DNA of 64,000 nucleotides from Eledone cirrhosa. Lineage: Eukaryota. The position numbers and the translations under genes were made by a program. Below the pieces are notes generated by a model, which saw only the letters and a program-made list of their open reading frames with translations, did not search any database and had not been told where the DNA came from. The stretch covers positions 343,294,001 through 343,358,000 of the forward strand of contig OZ024741.1 of NCBI GenBank assembly GCA_964016885.1, in the 5' to 3' direction. Shown one piece after another: positions 59,061-64,000 of the stretch (position 1 is its first letter; every line of letters begins with the position of its first letter).

Positions 59061-60439
59061 ATTAATTACCTGTTAATACGGGCGGCTGATTTGTCAGAGT
59101 TGTTAGAGTGTGGGACACATGCTTAGCAATATTTCTTTCGGCTCTTAACATTCTGTGTCGAAATCCGAGGTCAACTTTGCCTTTGACCCTGTACTGAAGT
59201 TGATATAATCAATTATCTCCGTCTTTGAATTGTTGATCTTCAGCCTAAATTAAATGCCAAATAAAGTACCAGTAATGTACTGGGTAATTGCTGGCCTTGT
59301 GCCAAAAGTAGAAACAATTATTTACATGTCAATAAGATATCCAAAATTTACACATAGTATATAACTCAACAAGTCGAAGTAAAGTATAAGTCAATGAAAG
59401 TGTTCAACGATTGGTCTGGTCTAGTGTCTTCCCATCCTCATTACTAAATCTCGGGCACTATGGATAGTTGCACCAATTCTAATATATATGATGCTGTATG
59501 TCCATAATTCCGATCGGGAATAAATTACATCGGTGGGTCTCGAATCTTCATCCGACTATTACGCGGAAGATGGCAACCGAGCCACTGCTCATCCGCTTTC
59601 AACACAAAGATGATGCCGTTGGCCAATTGCAAGGTTGTCACCAAGGTTATTAATGAGTTCCATTTTCTCCGGTTTTAACATCAGAGTGATCCTTCTCCTA
59701 GACAGACTGCTAACTAAGGCTAAAAAGCTCTGACTAACCATTGTTTTACACTCTATTGGCTCTCATGAATTCCCCAGCCCTTCATGGGGTCGTTGGTTTA
59801 GTCACCAACGACGCGACAATGTCAAAAATTGTACTGTTTTACATGTTACCAGTAGCGCCGCTCGAGGGCAAACTGTTATAGCTCAATATTTAATTGTAAA
59901 TCATTAAAAATTCCTCGAGGCTTAAGTAAAGAATAAATCAGCAAGAATATCAGGTACAATGCATATCGGATATAGGCAGCGAATTTGCAGAACCATTTCA
60001 AAGTTAAATAGAATGCTTTGCGGTATTTGTATTGGCTCTCTGCGCCCTGAGTTCAACTCCCACCGGGATCAACTTTGACTTTCATCATTCTAAGATCTAT
60101 AAATAAAGTAGTAGTACAAGGGGTAGATTCTTACTCTATATCTCTTTCACACATCACTCTTTTCTCTCTCTCACTCTCTCTCACCCTCTCTCCTTATATG
60201 GAAAATATTAGCTGTGAGATGTATAGTTTTCACTCGATTAAAATGTCTAAGAAATGTCATATTTCACTACGGTGCTCCTACGACTCCTCTTAGAGTTACA
60301 GATCGATACATTGCATTTAAGAGACTAAATTAGTTGTCACATTTTGATCCGTTGGGATATTTATACCAATGCTACATCAAATTTGAAAATGGTTATATAT
60401 GGTACCTTCATTAAGTGTCACATTTTTCTCTCTATTATC

Positions 60440-60675
60440 AATACAATGCAGTCAAAAAATCTTCACCAAATAAAGTCTAGTGGCTGACGGATTTTTTTGC
60501 ATCGTAGCTAGAAAGAATCTACATGGATGGAATCATGTTCCTTCTTAAACGGTGGCAGACGGTAATCGATATTAATGGTGATTAATTTGACTAATAACAT
60601 TTTCCTAATATTAAAAAGCGCCAAAGTCAAACAAATTGTTTGAAAAACGGCGAGAACTTTCTATCGAATCTAATT
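60440..60675 (+). mobile_element. Mariner transposase C-terminal relic
   Basis: FFAS...IYMDGIMFLLKRWQTVIDINGD, followed by TIR-like AAAACGGCGAGAACTTT. Confidence 0.6.
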
Positions 60676-61006
60676 TATGTTTTTGTATATACATGTATGC
60701 ATTCATAAATACATGCCTGCATGTATGTATGGATGTGTGTATTTATGCATGTATAAACTGGCATCTATGTATGCATCTGAACATCTTGAAAACACATAGC
60801 AGCATAGATATTCAGTCAGTTGCATTTGTATGGAATTTCGAGAATTCTTTAGCAAATAGCAAGTTTCACAAACACATACACACATACATACATGCACACA
60901 CATGCGAACATACATATACATATGTAGGTGTATTTACATAATATGCACACATACACGTATACATGTATAGGTATATATACAAAATACGCACACAATATAT
61001 ATATAT

Positions 61007-61054
<48 letters not shown>

Positions 61055-61144
61055 TATATATACATACATATATATGCACATGTACATATGTAAATATGGC
61101 ATAATGTATATGTATACATACATATATATAGATATATGTAAATG

Positions 61145-61183
<39 letters not shown>

Positions 61184-61235
61184 AATATATTATATATATA
61201 TAGCTTCATCCGGATGGCTGGAACAGGTAAAGGAG

Positions 61236-61313
<78 letters not shown>

Positions 61314-61342
61314 ATATATATATGTATGTATGTATATGTATG

Positions 61343-61437
<95 letters not shown>

Positions 61438-61945
61438 ATGGTATGTATACAAGCAGAACACACATAGGTAGATACAAATACATAAACAGACACACAAATA
61501 TCGACTCCACCACCAACACAACCACCATCAGCAACAAGACCACAAACAGAACCAGAACATTCAGCACCACGACCACCACCAACAACAACAACAAACACTT
61601 ATAGATCCACGTGACGTTAAGGTACCAAACAGGAGCAAGGATAGAGTAAACACAACTTGAAGAAACTCTAGTAAATAACGATGAAGTTGATATTGGAAGT
61701 GGATCGAAGAAAATAACGTTCTAGTAGAATTCCGTGATTTTCTGATAAAGTATGGCGTATCTTCCGATCTGAGAGACTGAACAGTTTCATGGCTTCTTGA
61801 AGTTTCCCCATGGTATTGGAGAGAAATGTAGATAAGGCTACCATGTAAATGTATGTATGTACACACACACACACACACACACACAAACAAACATATATAT
61901 ATACAGACGCACGCGCACACACACATGTATATATACATAAATATA

Positions 61946-61983
<38 letters not shown>

Positions 61984-61998
61984 TACATATGTATTTAT

Positions 61999-62031
<33 letters not shown>

Positions 62032-62392
62032 GCGTATGTATATATGTGTGTATATATATATGTATGTATATATGTATATATATATATATTTTTATTTTTT
62101 TATTTTTTTAAAAAGATTGTTTTGGTAAAAAGAGGAGTAAGCAGGAGAAAGCTCTCAACGATCGTTGTTTTTAGCTACGATGGAGAATTTTATAAAAATA
62201 ACAAAATAAGATGCTGAGGTTACATATATCGTTTATTCATAATAATTATTTCCACGGTTCTCCATGCAGTCGAGATGTCCTTCATGTACTTGCTGTTGAT
62301 TATGAGACGGTATCCTCAGATGAAATCGATATGTTTGATATGTCGCTGGCAGGAAAAACACACGTCCTCATGCCTGTCTGCCCAGCATATAT

Positions 62393-62526
<134 letters not shown>

Positions 62527-62530
62527 TTAT

Positions 62531-63023
62531 ACATACTTATATTTAAGTAACAGCCGTACTAAGAGTGGGAAATGAAATTTCGTTTCATTTTTTCCGTTTA
62601 TCGATTTCGGTGCACCCGGCCGATTAACCCACTCGATATGTAAATTGGGCTACTCAGCCGTTAATATGCATAAGGTAAGTATATACGTTCAACAATCTGG
62701 CAAGAAGGTATACGTTGCTGACGATAGCTAATAAGCTTGAAACTAGTACAGCGTTCCTTTGTCAGTGTTGAATAAACGAGCAACGGTGGTTGCTAGACAC
62801 TACGGCTTAATACGGGATGTTTGTTTACAAACACACCGAGTATTATAATAAATGTTCGGTGAATCCATACGTGCATATATATATATGTGTGCATGTATGT
62901 ATATATATATACATACTACTGTACGTCTGTATACATATATGTATGTACGTGTACATACTTATATTTAAGTAACAGCCGTACTAAGAGTGGGAAATGAAAT
63001 ATCGTTTCATTTTTTTCCGTTTA
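62531..63023 (+). mobile_element. Family L retrozyme-like element: 422-nt unit plus about 70-nt direct terminal repeat, HHR at 62712-62754
   Basis: 62531-62600 is repeated at 62953-63023. ACGTTG-CTGACGA-TAGC/GCTT-GAAA-CTAG-TA-CAGCGT. Confidence 0.8.
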
Positions 63024-63031
63024 TATATATA

Positions 63032-63230
63032 TATAGATTTCACCGTATTTTTGACTAAAGGAATAAAGATGAGTATTGACGTACATGTACGTGAATACTC
63101 ATCTTTTTCCATTTATCTGAGGGTTCTAAACCCCATTATCAGTCTAAAATTCCTTTAGTCAAAAACACGGTGAAAGCTATTCCATTTTCTAATTTCAAAC
63201 CTGCTCACTGTTTCAAAACATATTTACTTG
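63032..63230 (+). mobile_element. Family O small foldback
   Basis: ATAGATTTCACCGTATTTTTGACTAAAGGAAT inverted at 63148-63180. Internal hairpin and about 50 nt of tail. TA flanks. Confidence 0.6.
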
Positions 63231-63248
63231 ATATATATATATATATAC

Positions 63249-63283
<35 letters not shown>

Positions 63284-63287
<4 letters not shown>

Positions 63288-63481
63288 AGAGTCAGGACCC
63301 CGACGGCTGAGCTCCGGCCGTTCCGTTTCTACAGCTAGATCCGACAGTTCGGATCTAGCTGTAGAAACGGCCGGAACTCAGCCGTCGGGGTCCTGACTCT
63401 TTTCATATTACCCAGTCTACTATCCTAAGTATCGAGTACTCTGGTGCGTTATGGTCCACCTGGTATCTTACCACACCTTTG
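63284..63481 (+). mobile_element. Family H-related foldback
   Basis: 63284-63344 is inverted relative to 63349-63405. GAAACGGC...GCCGTC-GGGGT. Tail contains TCGAGTAC. Confidence 0.8.
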
Positions 63482-63716
63482 TATATATATATATATATAT
63501 ATATAAAATAATTGTTTCTACTTTTGGCACAAGGCCAGCAATTACCCAGTGCATTACTGGTACTTTATTTTATCGACCCCGTAAGGATGAAAGGCAAAGT
63601 TAACCTCGGCGGGATTTGAACTCAGAATGGCAAGGGCCGTAACTCTATGCATCAAAGCATGGCATCCAACTCTCTACCGATACTGCCAATTCACCGCCCT
63701 TGTTGATATATATATA

Positions 63717-63950
63717 AAATAATGGTAGTTAAGATGGGATTAAATCACCAGAATTTCTGTTACATGGTTATTCATGTAACTTCGTCAGATTCTTACGCAG
63801 TAATAGGTGTAGTTATGCAATCTTTGTGATATGCCGGTGGATATGCAAATCTATTAATTAGTGTAGTCACACGAATAACCATGTAACAGAAATATGTATC
63901 CTGCAATAAACAATTATGGTGAATTAATCCCGTTTTAACTACCATTATTT
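63717..63950. mobile_element. Family P foldback with HHR core on minus strand
   Basis: 63717-63781 is inverted relative to 63865-63950. CTGACGA-AGTTAC/GTAAC-AGAAA at 63758-63788 (minus). Confidence 0.6.
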
Positions 63951-64000
63951 CCCGCATAGAATTACGTCCGTTTTCGGTCTGAGTTCAAATCCCGCTGGGG

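Overview
This is AT-rich eukaryotic, almost certainly animal, DNA with no host gene I can support. The (TA)n/(CA)n density and SINE types suggest an octopod cephalopod (inference). Most ORFs in the track are microsatellite artefacts (YI/HT/VC runs). The real coding remnants belong to retroelements. (1) Penelope-like elements (PLEs): a Hydra-clade-like RT+GIY-YIG copy at 52022-54710, a second Hydra-like 3' fragment at 40108-41480, and Neptune/Nematis-like copies at 48725-51460, 34555-36628 and 46443-47260. (2) RTE-clade LINE fragments, three with 5' inversions. (3) R4/Dong-like LINE ends next to (CATA)n. Also present are mariner and pogo relics, three non-autonomous Helitrons and many tRNA-SINEs. 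The main unannotated signal is that the islands between (TA)n runs are mostly members of about 12-15 unrelated small families built on one plan: (TA)n, short inverted arm, long arm carrying a minimal hammerhead ribozyme (HHR), a 40-170 nt tail, (TA)n. Several families have fixed non-canonical HHR cores (CAGAAGA, CCGAYGA, UUGANAA). Many tails share a small RCTC...GAGY hairpin ending in a TTGAGTRC-like motif. One non-coding family is a circularly permuted 422-nt HHR monomer, as expected for a retrozyme/circular RNA. Family letters A-P are my own labels. All structures were folded by eye and none was tested computationally.
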